Shown here in pieces: positions 12,301 through 24,421 of a stretch of DNA of 64,000 bases (position 1 is the stretch's first letter; every line of letters begins with the position of its first letter). The stretch spans positions 77,190,001 to 77,254,000 of the forward strand of contig NC_042997.1 in NCBI RefSeq assembly GCF_006345805.1, read 5' to 3'. Both the position numbers and the translations under genes were made by a program. The stretch comes from Octopus sinensis (Eukaryota). The notes beneath the pieces are model-generated. The model searched no databases and was not told where the DNA came from. It was given only the letters and a program-made list of their open reading frames with translations.

Positions 12301-12420
12301 AACGTTGAGGGTGCCAACCCTGAGGGTGTGGGAGGTATGGGCCCTAGAGACCCTGCGTCGGTGGACAGTAGCTTCATGTACCTGAAAAGAAAGCTCGCAT
12401 TTGGCAGAATTCATGAGCAA
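9352..12420 (-). CDS. RTE ORF: APE endonuclease + reverse transcriptase + PHD-type finger (1022 aa; premature TAG 13 codons before the likely natural stop at 9313-9315)
   Basis: GTLNVGTL, QEVKW, GDFNGH, IDYIL (endonuclease); GKAPGP, YRGIKLL, QFGF, DMEKAFD, HQGSVLSP, LYADD, FRYLG (RT). Confidence 0.95.
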   Translation of the reverse strand: MLMNSAKCELSFQVHEATVHRRRVSRAHTSHTLRVGTLNVGTLKGRSGEIVEMLERRRVDICCMQEVKWRGGSARFLTGKEHRYKIFWAGNTDGVGGVGILIAEKWVDKVIEVIRVCDRILKIRLALHHSLATIISAYAPQSGLPDGQKDRFYDTLLQTTSLTNDRDLLFVAGDFNGHVGRHAGGFHGVHGGYGSGSRNEEGTRLLEFCDANNLMICNTNFRKPTSHLVTYRSGQHTSQIDYILARQREKWLLINAKTFPGEECTPQHRLVVSDFRIRSRRTTRRRPTWRRRIWKLKDPVNGQRFRDMLLEAFDEVEGDSVSHGVEDNWTFLRDNLLRATDQICGWCKVPSRPKVTWWWNSVVDRAIREKRQTWKHWKNGGSRELYQTAKREARRQVYLARGEADKKKSANVLRREDQRLEVFRVARQCVREKCVRMEDGSLALNEDAKREAWRRHYERLLNKENEWDKESLPNVDPTEGPAIRVDSSLVAKAIRSMKTGKAPGPSGITAEMLKISGSVGYSLVTCIVNQVIHEGVIPNDWCSSIIVNCYKGKGDALDTNNYRGIKLLDQVMKVTERVISQLIRERVSLDEMQFGFVPGKSTTDAIFLVRQLQEKYLAKDKALYLAFVDMEKAFDRVPRFLIWWSTRKLGIEEWLVRAVQAMYRDAASKVRVGNEYSEEFWVEVGVHQGSVLSPLLFIIVLQAITEEFKTGCPWELLYADDLALIAESLSELEKKFQVWKHGLESKGLRVNLAKTKVLISRKVDKSQTPSGRWPCSICRKGVGRNSIRCTMCKLWTHKRCSNVIGRLTRKMVFVCGRCSGALTSENLQKTTSVTFQGKKQEVVDSFRYLGDQVSSGGGCAESVTARVRIAWAKFRELLPLLVTKGLSLRVKGRLYDACVRTAMLHGSETWAVTAEDMHKLARNEASMLRWMCNVSVHSRQSVSTLREKLDLRGIRCCVQERRLRWYGHVVRMDEDRCVKKCHTLAVEGTCGRGRPRKTWVEVVKHDLRTLGLTKEMTRDRDL

Positions 12421-12869
12421 GTAATACAGTAGCCTTCAATTCAACCTGTATAACACTACCCATTCATATTTTGCACTGTATGATCATTACCTTACAATAA
12501 AACATAATTGTTTTTCAAACAAATTTATTAGCTTCTATTTTTTTTTTTTATAGAAATAGCATATTCTAATTAACTGAATAATAGTCAAAGCAATTAACTT
12601 TTTGATAATTAGATCACAATAATTAATTTAGAATTCAGTGACTGATTTTTTTTTCTTCCAATTATTATTTATTTTAATATACATTTGGTATTGTGAGAGA
12701 TAATGAAAATTAAAATTAATTATTATAACAGTCAAATTTTTGAAGCCTTTTACTTATTCAATTTGGTAACTGACCTCAATCTTGATGAGTCATAAGAAAT
12801 GTCATGATATGGCTTTTTATATGAAAAGTTTTTCTTTCATTATGCCAAAAATCTTTTTAGGTATCTTTT

Positions 12870-13300
12870 GTCGTTTACTTGTCTGTCATTAGACTATGGC
12901 CATGCTGGAGCATCACCTTGAATAATTTTTTGCTGAATGAATCAACCCCAGGACTTATTTTTATTTTTTAAGTCTGGTACTTATTCTATCAGTTGCTTTT
13001 TGTTGAACTATTAATTTATGGAGACGCGAATACACCAACACCAATTGTCAAGTGATGGCGGGGGAAGAAACACAGACACACACACACACACACACACACA
13101 CACAAGACAGTCTTCTTTCAGTTTCTGTCTCCCGAATTCACTCACAAGGCTATAATAGAAGACTGCAATAGGAAACACTTGCCCAAGTTGCTACACAGTG
13201 GGACTGAGACATGAATTATGTGGTTGGGAAGCAAGCTTCTTTATTTCATTACATTTGCCATAAAGGCATAATACAGATGGAAACAAGCTTCTTACCACAC
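12870..13300 (-). mobile_element. tRNA-derived CORE-like SINE with internal (CA)n
   Basis: Reverse complement head agaagcttgcttcccaaccac...cagtcccactg...cttgggcaagtgt; (CA)n at about 13077-13104. Confidence 0.65.
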
Positions 13301-16300
13301 AACTATTTTTATGCCTATAAATATTTTAGAAGTATTGCTGTTGATTCATTTGACTAAAAGTTCTTCAAGGTGGTGCCCCAGTATGACTGCAGTCTAATAC
13401 CTGAAACAGATAAAAGATAAAGATATTGAGGGAAATTTTTATTGAATTATCTTACTGTATCACATATTTGAACAGTAAACTGTAGAATTAGGATACTAAA
13501 ACAGTAGTAGAATCAGGAAATTAGTGAAGGTGTATATATTGCCAAGTGAAAAGTTCAAAAGTTCATGAATTGGACTAAGTTAGGATCCAGTGTTAGGTTC
13601 TGCTTGAAACATCACATTTGTCCTCTACCAACAATGTATTTTTTACAAAATTTCTACTGCAATTATCTTACATATGTGAAAAAATATAAACTAAACCACT
13701 TCTTAGTACCTGAATAGTTGTGGTTATATATTATATATCTGATAATCATTTGTAGTATTTGTTTATTTAATTCTTTTTCTTTGGTTGCTTTCATCTTGTG
13801 TTTTTAACACAAACCAATGTTCTTAACCACTATACCACAGCCTATTGAAGAAGAGTTTTGAGATCAAATCTCTGCTGAAAGTTATGTAGAAACATGGCAC
13901 CTAAGTATAATAGTAGAATAGTCATGACAGAGCTATGATGTAGATAGACGAACATAAGAGAGAGTTTAGTTCAAATTATTTCTTTAATTTCAGTATTTCT
14001 TTCTTCAGTTACATTATTAGATTAACCAATCTGTTTTCCTTCTAAAATTTGCATAATTAGTGTGTGTGTGTGAATGAGAGAGAATATTTTGCTCTGGTGT
14101 TTCACATTAAATTTAGTTATCACAAGTGAAAAAAAGAAAAAAAAATGCTTTCAATTTTCTTTTTCAAAAATTTCAAATTACATTTTATTAGCATTTCTCT
14201 TGAAAGTAATGCAACCTTACAATATAACCAATATTACTAAAAGAAGAAAAATGTTATTTCACAGAAGTGTGGCAACAACAAATGCTCCTTAGCAGAGAGT
14301 CTAGTAATTTTACCCTCACTTGCCAGCATTACAAGAATCAAGATTTTCTTTCTGACATTTTATTATTGCCACCTGTTAGTTATGAGAACTTAAGAGATCA
14401 TCTTAATCATCATCGTAGATGTAAATTATTGATTTCATTCCTATCTTACTCTCATGGGCATACACCAAATAAACAGAGGAAATTATTTTATTTTCAAATC
14501 ATTAATGGAATTTTCATTTTTCTTCTTTTACCTGTAAAAGGAAGTTGTTTGATTGTTATAACAGTATGAATTATGAAATTCAAAAGAGGCTCTGCAGCTT
14601 AATTTTTCCTTGCAGATACCAGGATATTAAGCTGTATTTATGACAGTGTAGAAATTTGCAGTTGGTGGGCAGGGAAGAAAAATTCCTTTTTGTTGTTTAT
14701 CTCTTTTTATTTGGCAAAAAGTTTGGCTTTTCTTTAAAAGCTGTAAAGAAAGAGATGGAAACAAACACAAGGATATCATTGGTATTACAAAAATCATATA
14801 TTCTTAATAAAGTATGCATTATTATGCATAGCTATTTTGCTTCTTTTGCAAAACAAGTAGAATAAGGAATATTAATTCATCATAAATTAATCTATAAATT
14901 AGTATATAGATTTCCATAGGCTGCTTCTTCAAAAGGTAGTTTTATAAAACTTGTCTTACCTTCACAATTCTGGAATTGGTCAAGCTTGAAACTAAAAATT
15001 CAATTAAGTAACATACATATTACTTTGGTAGATTGATCCATCAACAAGTCTTATGCAAAATTACACTTAGGTTTCCTTAAGTAATAAAATATGCAGTTCT
15101 GGGAACAACACTTTTCTATTAATAAAATAGATCTTATGTCTTAGCAAAAGATATTACTTTTAAGAGGTTCTCAACTGATGTAGATATGTATGCAGTGATT
15201 GTACATGTAGTGTCAGGAATTGTAAAGATTGAGTTGTTACATTGTTATTTCTTTATTTTGGCCATTAAAAACTGTTTTATGTTCTTTACTATGCCTGTTG
15301 TGAATGTTGTATATAATAGCTGTAGGCACAGTATGACTAAAAGGTTGACAAATTCACTTTGCAACAAGGTTCCATATTCAATCCTACTCTATGGCATCCT
15401 GGGCTAATGTCATTTTATTATAACCTTAGCCTAACTCATAACTTTTGAATGAAATTCAGGAGATGGAAACTGTATAGCAGTCCATCAGGTGTACTTGTAA
15501 TTCAAAACATACAATCTTGTCACTCACTGTGTTAAACTTATTCTACAATAGAATTACATTAAGGATACTTGTGTCTGTTGATGGCTCAACTATTTACATG
15601 TTAATTCAGGAGTAGGCCATTCAGTTGATCAAACAGCTGAATCCTTATTGTAAAACAACATAGATCCTCTACCTCATAATAGCAAGTATCTTTGTCTTTT
15701 CTGTGTGTGTGTGTGTGAAATTGTTATTTAGTGTTGCTGGTAAGAGGGTAGATGGTGGGTTTGTCAGTCTATTTGTTTGCAATAGGGTTTTTAGGCAGTA
15801 GTGTTGAAATTTGAAACTTGTGTAGTTTTTCTGTTTTGCACAGCTGTATTGTGTTGTGATGATAATGAATAGATGATCACAGGAGAGTACAAATTGTTAA
15901 CCCTGTAATCATGGTAACTAATAATGTAATGTGTAAACAGTTGTTATCTCAATTGTACATCTAGTTTTTCCTTACTGCCTTGAGTTAGATGTGTCCAATT
16001 CAGCATAGCATTTCTGCACTTATCACATATCTTCATAGTTTCCTTGCGAAATCCAATATCTTTAGATCATTCTTTCCAAGTATTCTTTAATCTTCCGTTT
16101 CTGCACTTGTTTACAAATATATGTTAGAAATTGGTAACAGTGGCTAAAATATATGTCATAGCTGTCTGGCCTTTATAATGAAATATATCTTCAGTAATAT
16201 ATGTAAGGAAAATTGTCTTGATGGTATTATATCACCTTTAGTGTTATCTGTCTTATTTTTGTACCAGAATGTGTTATGTATGATAAGCCTACTCAGTATG

Positions 16301-16581
16301 TATGGTACTGAGTTGTAGCTGGATTTTGGGTAAGTGGGATTTTAGAAATGTGTGGAGAAATTTGCTACTGTTAATCTCTAACCTATGCTTGTTAAAAATA
16401 TGAAAGTAGAGTTGTATACGTCCCTAAAACAATAATTGCTGAAGGACTTAATTCATGGCCATGTTGTTAGTAGTTCATCACCTTTACCTAAGTCATTATA
16501 TTTCCTAATCTGATAAATATAACTAGCAAAAATGCTTGTTCTAAAATCTCTCCAAGAGATTAATGCAGTAGTTGTACCGAC

Positions 16582-16897
16582 AAGTAATATTTGTAGCCAC
16601 TTTAACATGGCTGTTTGAGCAGACTATACTGCAATTTTTTAACCCCAAGAGGACATCTCTAGCTGGTTAATGATGCACAGCTGCATCCGATAAAATTGCA
16701 AGCAGGGGAGTGAACCCCTACCATCTCCTAGTGACTGGTCCTGTCGCTAGGAGATGGTAAGGGTTCACTCCCCTGCTCGCAATTTTATCGGATGCTGCTG
16801 TGCATCGTTAACTAGCTAATGCCCTCTTGGGGTTAAAAAATCACAGTAAAGTCCACTCCAATGGACAGCCATGTTAAAGTGGCTACGAATATTACTT
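16582..16897. mobile_element. Palindromic MITE (~316 bp near-perfect hairpin)
   Basis: aagtaatatttgtagccactttaacatggctgt ... acagccatgttaaagtggctacgaatattactt; arms complementary up to a centre near 16738. Confidence 0.88.
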
Positions 16898-16950
16898 ATA
16901 AATATACCTAACATTAATTTATTACAAAATATTTATATTATATTTAACAG

Positions 16951-17019
16951 CTTGAGTCCCAACATGATGCTTGCTATGATGCTGATACACCAACTTGGGA
17001 AACGCATGGACCCCTTATG
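16951..17019 (+). CDS. NUP188: NUP188 coding exon (LESQHDACYDADTPTWETHGPLM)
   Basis: tttaacag|CTT...ATG|gtaatg; PTWETHG.LM matches recalled human Nup188 APTWETHGNLM. Confidence 0.93.
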
Positions 17020-17053
17020 GTAATGTCATAGCTTTTGTTATTTATTATTACAT

Positions 17054-17056
<3 letters not shown>

Positions 17057-17098
<42 letters not shown>

Positions 17099-17105
17099 TC
17101 CCTCT
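17057..17105. repeat. (CT)n microsatellite
   Basis: Read directly. Confidence 0.95.
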
Positions 17106-17220
17106 TAAACATACACACACCACTTATCATGGAGAAATTATTGTATACAATAATCCACAGGTTTCATATAATGCAACTATATAATGGCCATAACAATAGT
17201 TGGCAAGAACATCTGATATA

Positions 17221-18102
17221 CAAGGTGGTATCAAAAATTTCCCGGACTAGTTCTGTAGCATGCCAGTGGATGGCAGCACCCGGTTGCATGCACAGTGAAA
17301 GCTAGTAGTGTGCCAAGTGACATTGCTGTGTTTACTTCGCAAGTTGTGAAATTTGTGTTTTTGTGATCATGTGTATGCTGTAGTCTGCGATTTTGTCATG
17401 GACATAAACAAAGAGCCAATGTGAAATTTTACGTTAAAGTTGGGAAGTCTGCTACAGAAACATTGACCATGCCTCAGCAAGCTTACAGCGATGAGGCAAT
17501 TGGTTATACGCAATGTTTTGAGTGGCATGAGCACTTCAAAAGCATAAGAATGACCCTGGAAGACCTACCACAAGCACCACTCCTGGAAGTGTGGTATTGT
17601 GCAGTGAGACTTTATCCCTCAAGGCCAGACCATCAGTCAAGTGTTCCACTGCAATATTTTGGAGTGTATGAGGGAGGACATTTGGCAAAAGTGACATGAT
17701 CTTTGAAGTGTGAAGGATTGAATTCTTCACAACAACAATGTACCCTGTCACTGAGCTCTCCTCACTCGTGAGTTTCTCACCAAAAGCAACATGGTATCAC
17801 TTCTGCACCCTCACTATTTACCAGATTGAGCACTTGCGGACTTCCATCTCTTCCCCAAGATGAAAATGCAGCTCAAAGGTCGCTGTTTTAATACCATTGT
17901 CAAGATTCGGAGTGAATCACAAAAGGCCTTTGACTCGCTTATGGAAAACAACTTCCAGGCTATATCCCAAAAGTGACAGGAATGCTGGGACTGGTGTATT
18001 GTTGTTCAAGGCAACTATTTCAAAGGAGAGGATGTTAAAACTTAAGTAAATAAGTTATTTTTTATTAAATATAACTAGTCCTGGAACTTTTTGATAGCCT
18101 TG
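17221..18102 (+). mobile_element. Degenerate mariner (internally deleted)
   Basis: TA flanks; TIR caaggtggtatcaaaaatttcccggactagtt / aactagtcctggaactttttgatagccttg; KFYVKVGKSATET...CFEWH HTH region; HP.Y.PD...DFHLFPKMK. Confidence 0.88.
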
Positions 18103-18531
18103 TACTTCAGCAGTTTTTGAAACTTTCTTTTAACATCTCTATATAAACACTACTTCATTTCACATTCTACAGCACTCATAGTGATTTCTGTTCAAATTTG
18201 CTAGTTCATAGTCAACAAGAAAGTCTCTATAGAATTGATCAACATGCTAGCAAAAACAACCAAATCTTCCTCAAACCATTGATTTACTGTCTTACAGAAA
18301 TTTCCATTGGGTAATATAATTGTGAAAAAAGATGACTGGATGGCCACTACAATACCTTTAGTCATAAGTTTGTTTCATGAAGTCTGATCTGTGACTAAAG
18401 TACAACAAAATGTCATAGTTAGAAAGCCAAAAAGTAACACATCACCTGTCATATAGTTCTATTTATCCTTTTAGTGAATGGAAATAATTACACTATATTT
18501 CATGGTGTAAGCAATGTCATTTCCTTCAATA

Positions 18532-19313
18532 CAGGATGTTCAAGCTAAATTTGAAAGTTTGCATAAAAGGAAAAGAAAGTACAATTGATCAACATACAAG
18601 CAAAAAACAATATCCCATCCAAAAATAAAAGTATTTTAAAGAACCAAAAAATGTCAGCTAGATTACTCAAAATAGCTAGCTTCAGCTTACACTACAGCCT
18701 CAAGATTACTTTGGAACCTGGTGCATGCATTCCTTACTGTGTTTCTGGGAAGATCTTCAAACATCTTCTCGATCTTGGACACCAGCTCAGGCTTGGTGTT
18801 GCAGGCATAGCAGTTGGTATCTTTCTCAACTGCTCCCCACATATAGTAATACATAGGATTACAATTGCAAGGAGTTAGAAAGCCAGAAATTGGGGTTGGT
18901 GAAGTCATAGAAATTCTCCAACAACCACTTCTGACTCTTTCTGGAAGTATGGCAAAGAGCTTCAGCCTGCTGCCATACATATGGCCTCCCAACAGTAATA
19001 CTCTCCAACCAGGTATTGACCACAGTCTCCAGCAGCTTTACATAGCCCTGTTCAGAATGCCTGCTGTGTCCCTTCACAGAGCATTAAGCAGTAGTCATGA
19101 TGTCAGCATTTTGATACCCAACACTAACCATGATATAGGTAACTCTTTTCCGATACTCAGATGGCTTCAAGTCTTTTGTGTCAGCTAACTTTAATTACAA
19201 CTTTATTCTTTATGCTCTCCAATGCCATTGACTGTTCACCAATACATCAAGCTATTCCTGAAATAAGGAGTCATAAAAAAAAATGGTCAAATTTAATCCA
19301 AGTTTAAACCCTG
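18532..19313 (-). mobile_element. Degenerate Tc1/mariner-superfamily element (DD37D/maT-like C-terminus)
   Basis: GRPYVWQQ...HTSRKSQKWL.ENF...NP.YY.WGAVE...NAC.RF..LEAVV; decayed TIRs caggatgttcaagctaaatttga. Confidence 0.75.
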
Positions 19314-21184
19314 TTCGTATGGTAACATATAGATTGATATTGTATACTGCTCAGCAATTTGTATTTAATTATTAATTTGAAGTCTTGAAAATGTCTTTGC
19401 TTAACATAAACTTTATTTATTTAGGAAGTGTATTGTCAACAGCTGAGAACCAAGAAGAGAAAAGCTAAATACAAGCTCTTTTTCTATCGCCATCATTGTT
19501 GTTGTCATCATCTCCATCATCATGATCAATATGATGATGATGAGGTGAAGATGGTCATACTTACCTTGGTTAGATGGGTCTCCTCTAGAATAATGTTTCA
19601 TCACTTATAGTTTATTATCATTTCCTCGTGTAAAGAACAGTTTCTTGGCTTTCACCTTCTCTCCATGTCTTTTTAAATTCCTCCTTCCGCATGTTCTTTC
19701 CATTTAGATTGTCTGGACCATCTTTACTTAACTGTCATCCACCATACAGGTTACATGTTTTATTTATATTGTAATATATTAATAAATATTGCCAGGTATA
19801 TAGGTATCATTATGATAACATAGTGAACTACTAATAAAAACATGTTGTAATAACTGCCAAAGTGGTGTTTGACACAATGATACAAGCTATTTCATACCAT
19901 ATAATTGTTCTTGTTAACTCCTAATTCTGCCCTTGTACAGCAGCCTTATAATTTGTAAGGTCAAGTAACTAAAATTCATTGTTCCATATGCATATTGTGC
20001 TTCTTCTTACTAGAGAATCATATTCCGCTCTGCAAAAAAGAACTGCTTTATCATAAGGCAATGCAACCTATTTTATTCTATATTATTATTATAACTAACA
20101 TGGACACCATAACATAAGTGCTGTTACATGCAACAGTAGCACAGTATTACATTGTATAATTTGGAGTGTCATGGTAAATAATAAGTAGCAAATTACTATT
20201 GTCTTTGGCAACAGTTGTAAAACTTAATTACAGTTTAACACCACTTAAGGAAAAAAACCATAATAATAATAATCTTCATTATAATCAATGGAGAGACTGT
20301 CCTGTCCTCCTCTCTGTCATACATTGCCTCCCTACAATTGCCAATCTCCCTGTATTTTATTGTGGCACCTACACTAGAAAGGTTTCCTTTTTTTCTTAAA
20401 AACTAAATAATCCTATTTAATCTACAATAGCAAGCTTTAGTAGCCAAACCTGACTGGTCTTATGAAATATTAGTCATTTTATCAATTCATCAATTTTAGT
20501 TATATTATTACTTTTATTGCATCAGTTATGATCTATTTTTGGAAAAATGTAAACCATTAATCAAATTACAATGCAATTACTTCAGATAATGTAGATTAGC
20601 AGGGTAGTTTCATAACATTGTCTCCACTTAATAGATTTGACATAGCTGTATAGTTGGATTGTTGTGCTGGTGTTCACATAATCCTTAAAAGAAATTAATT
20701 GAAAAAGATCTCTTTAGATTACTGTGTTCCTAGTAGAGAGATAGGATGCAAACTCAATAAAAGTATATATATCCCTGAGGGTACTTTTGTGGGTTTTTAT
20801 TTCTATTTTTACATACATGCTTGCATATATAGGATTGTTTTTGCAGATGAATGGTCATTCTGCAAATAATCGAGCAAACTAAGAAGATAAGCAAGATTTT
20901 ATGCCTTGCCCAGGGGCAAAACACAATGATTGGTAGAGTTTCAACTGATAACTAACCAGTCATAGTTTGCCATCTTAATCTCAGTCATTCTGGTTCATTA
21001 TATAAAGTCATGTATTATGGCTTTCTTGATTATAAAGTTTTTATCTAATCTATTTGATGAAACTGGTCATTATACTTCAGTTAGTTTGTCCGAACTGTAT
21101 TTTGGAGAAAAGATAAAATAAATTAAAATTCTTACAAATTATTAGCATTTGTTTTGTAAAATGTTATTTTCTCTATAATGACAG

Positions 21185-21232
21185 AATAAAAAGAATTCAC
21201 TGATATGGGCAATTCAAAATTTAAAAGAACAG
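21185..21232 (+). CDS. NUP188: NUP188 coding exon (NKKNSLIWAIQNLKEQ)
   Basis: acag|AAT...CAG|gtgagc; W..Q.L.EQ matches human WFVQCLREQ. Confidence 0.9.
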
Positions 21233-22082
21233 GTGAGCTTTATTTTTGTCATGTTTGTTCCAATTCATTTCTAAAAGCGAAGATATGAGAGCTTGTTATT
21301 GTTTATATTATGACTATTTATACTGTAGTTCTATATTTTCAATAATTCTGTCTAAAGCACTAATAATATCATCTAGATAACTGCCATTATCTTTTAATTC
21401 TAGGTACCCTTTAAGTACATGTGACAGGCATGTGTACACACACACATGCATAATTCTAAATTTGATGTTATTTTCATAGTCTCTATTCTGTATTTGTTCT
21501 GTTGTGCTTGTATATGATTAGAGGCTAGTCAAAAAAGATGATATAGGTGTGTAGGTAGATGATTGATTAGAATTAGGATCTTTGGAGCTTTTCTCGGCTG
21601 TGAAAAAGACAGTCATGAAAGCAAATGCTAGATTATAAATTTGGGAACACTGTTGAAATCTGAGTTGTTTCCCAATGAGAACATAGGAAGCAATATTGGT
21701 AATATACAGTGAGCAGGGATGGAGAGCTATCAAAGCTTGCATTAATTCTTTCAGGTTAGTACACAACTACAACTGCTGAAATATTTTCAAATTTTTAGGT
21801 GTGTATATACATGTAAGTGCATTTATGCACTCAAAAGACTCCTAAACATAGATATTTTCTGTTACCCAGGTGATATTAATGCTAGAGCTAAGTTTAATGA
21901 AAATATTGTGGTTAGGGTATTAATAAACTGGTTAACATGTAAAAGTTCAGTTAACTTTTCTTCACATAAAGACTCTCTCTGTCTCTCTCTCTCTAAATAT
22001 TACCATAATATACTGTTCAAAATATAACTACCTGTTAAAGGAATCCTGTCCTATTATCAAAGTATATTTATTTTCCTCTTAG

Positions 22083-22172
22083 TGTGAACTTCTGGAATGC
22101 ATGCTTATATCACTTGGAGATATTGCAGAATGTGATTCAAAAAAATTCATATCACTTCTTGATAAATTCAAG
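22083..22172 (+). CDS. NUP188: NUP188 coding exon (CELLECMLISLGDIAECDSKKFISLLDKFK)
   Basis: tttcctcttag|TGT...AAG|gtaaga; 90 nt; LLE...FK as in human SMLLEII...KMFK. Confidence 0.9.
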
Positions 22173-22502
22173 GTAAGAAATCATTTGCTTTTCCTAAAAC
22201 AGATTTTAGCAGAATATCCTAATATCATGGTAGTAAATATTATTATAATATAATCAAGTTATTTTGAAACTTCCATATTTTCTTGAATATTCTTTAAATT
22301 AATTTCATAATTTTTACACTTATTATTTTTATTGAAATTTAGTTCGGTGTTGTATTTATTATCTGAATCACTTAGTCATGAATACTTATAACATACATGT
22401 ATGGATTTTGTCTTACTTTTGCTGATTAGTATGAATTAAATATGGAATTATATTGGCATTTCTTTCAACATATTAAGTAAATTTAAATCATTTTAAATCT
22501 AG

Positions 22503-22579
22503 AATCAAGGTTTTGGTCAATGGCAGAAATTCTGCCATGTACTTGATGTATCTTCCGAAAAGTACCTGAAAAAAATTGA
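22503..22579 (+). CDS. NUP188: NUP188 coding exon (NQGFGQWQKFCHVLDVSSEKYLKKI+GA), phase 0/2
   Basis: tctag|AAT...GA|gtaagt; QGFG..Q...H..D matches human EQGFGSRQTNRHLVD. Confidence 0.92.
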
Positions 22580-23972
22580 GTAAGTTCTTTTCAATATTTT
22601 CAATTCTATTTAAAATGAAGAGTTCCATTTAAAGAAAAGTCGTTTTTTGTAATATATTTTTGAATAGTTAAGAAACACTGGCAGTTTTGTTTTCACTGAA
22701 AGTGACATTGCCAAGAATTCAATATAAATAAATACATCTTCTGAAGCCAAATTTTTTTTGAAAACCATTTAAAAAGTATTATAAGAGATTTGCCTTCTTT
22801 CTTGTGGTGTAAGACATCAGTTGTTCTTTTGAAGTAATGTCATATTATTGATGCTTGAATAATCAAGTATATTTTACTTCACTTAAGCTCACTGAAAGTC
22901 TCTACCAGTAGTATCTTGATTATTTTATAAATGTTACTGCTGTTATATCAGTATCATTAATTAATGTAGTCCAGATCAGATGAATCCACATTCCTATTCT
23001 TGTTTATTTACACTTGTTTGGTCTTGAGATTTGCTGCCTTTATATGCAATATCCTGAGGTTATCAATATGTTCTGATAATAAATGTTTATCAGTTTATTA
23101 CTGAGAAAAGGTCATTACTATGTTTTATAATTTGATGCAAAATTTGGATTCTGTATAAATTCATTGACTTCCATCTCTTTTATCTATCATGATTGTTATC
23201 TTTGGTTTTAATCTACTCAACCAAAGAAAGAACCATTTAAAATTTCTTTTCACATTTTCTTAAGACTAAAAAAAAAACAAGAGGGTGGGGAATGCCAATA
23301 ATATTAACTTGACTCAAATCATTGGCTAGTAATACTCTTACTTCAGTCATTCTGAGTTGCATGCCTTTGTAAACTATTCATTTTGTTTGCTGTCTTACTA
23401 TTAAGCTTAGGTACTTAAACACAATCAACTTTTAAATAAAAACAGCTATTTTGTACTGCAGCCCTTATATATGGTGAGCATCATATGCAGTAGGCAATAA
23501 AAAGATAAGTAGAAATAATTATTTTGTGAGGAAAAAAACAATTTTAGTTTTATTTAATTATTCTTGCAAATACAGAAGATAACAGTGATATGTATGTATT
23601 GCTGAGAAGGTCTACTAAGACAGAAACACATCCAGGATTATCTATTATACTTAAAATAATTTTAAAAAAGATGTCATTAATTATTATCATTTCTCCACTT
23701 TATAAACATTTCTAAATTTTCTCTTTAATTTTCTCTGCATCAAATATGCAGAAAGAATTAAAATAACACTAACTTGACCATTGTTTTTAGGTAATTTCTA
23801 CACCATTGGCTTGTTTTTTTTTACTTGTTAAAAAGTATGATAAATTTATTTGCGGAACATGAAAATATTACTTGGTTATATTTGTGAACCATCCACTTAA
23901 GATGTATTTCTATTTAGTTTTTACTTATTGAATATAAATTTCTAAATCACAAAACATAGTATATCAGATAAG

Positions 23973-24072
23973 ACCGGAGCCTGGTGCAGCCTTCTGGCTT
24001 CCCAGATCCCCGGTCGAACCGTCCAACCCATGCTAGCATGGAGAACGGACGTTAAACGATGATGATGATGAT
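23973..24072 (+). mobile_element. RTE 3' tail only (extreme 5' truncation)
   Basis: ccgtccaacccatgctagcatggagaacggacgttaaacgat(gat)n. Confidence 0.85.
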
Positions 24073-24303
24073 TTCAGTTGGGTGATCTCTTGTCTAAAAT
24101 GTGTGACCATGGAGAACAGCTGTTAAGAAAAAATGATATATTATCATTTACAGTGTAAAATAGACTGAAAATGTTTAAAATCATTTGTTCTGAAACAAAT
24201 TGCTCAAAGTAATCAGTTAGTGTTTTTCTTTAATTCAATATTTGAATAAATCACTAAAAACATCTTTCCTCAGCTTTTTCATTTTATTTTTTTCTTTTAT
24301 AAG

Positions 24304-24375
24304 GTACTTACAAATTATCATGATTTTGAAGATCCTTGACTTTGACTTAATTCAGCTCTGTGCTAAGAATAACAG
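24304..24375 (+). CDS. NUP188: NUP188 coding exon ((E)YLQIIMILKILDFDLIQLCAKNN+AG), phase 2/2
   Basis: ttcttttataag|G...AG|gtaatg; phase continuous with neighbours; aligns to human YFSALILVEGMDIESLHKCA. Confidence 0.85.
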
Positions 24376-24421
24376 GTAATGTTGATTCAGTAATGTTTCC
24401 ATTCTGATTACTGACTATCTA

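Larger units (their letters stand above)
8421..12420 (-). mobile_element. RTE-clade LINE, near full length, antisense in a NUP188 intron
   Basis: Single EN-RT ORF, 3'UTR with tandem array, terminal CCATGCTAGCATGG palindrome and (GAT)n tail; 5' boundary approximate; no TSD recognised. Confidence 0.95.

Noticed and set aside
9671-12432. + strand ORFs opposite the RTE ORF
   Set aside because: Antisense shadows of the real coding frame.
12775-12810. Hammerhead-like ctTGATGAG...GAAA motif
   Set aside because: The core is not CTGATGA and the flanking stems cannot be formed.
14267-14865. ORFs and an AG acceptor at about 14615 as additional NUP188 exons
   Set aside because: Exons 6801 and 16951 already join colinearly with Nup188, and these translations show no similarity.
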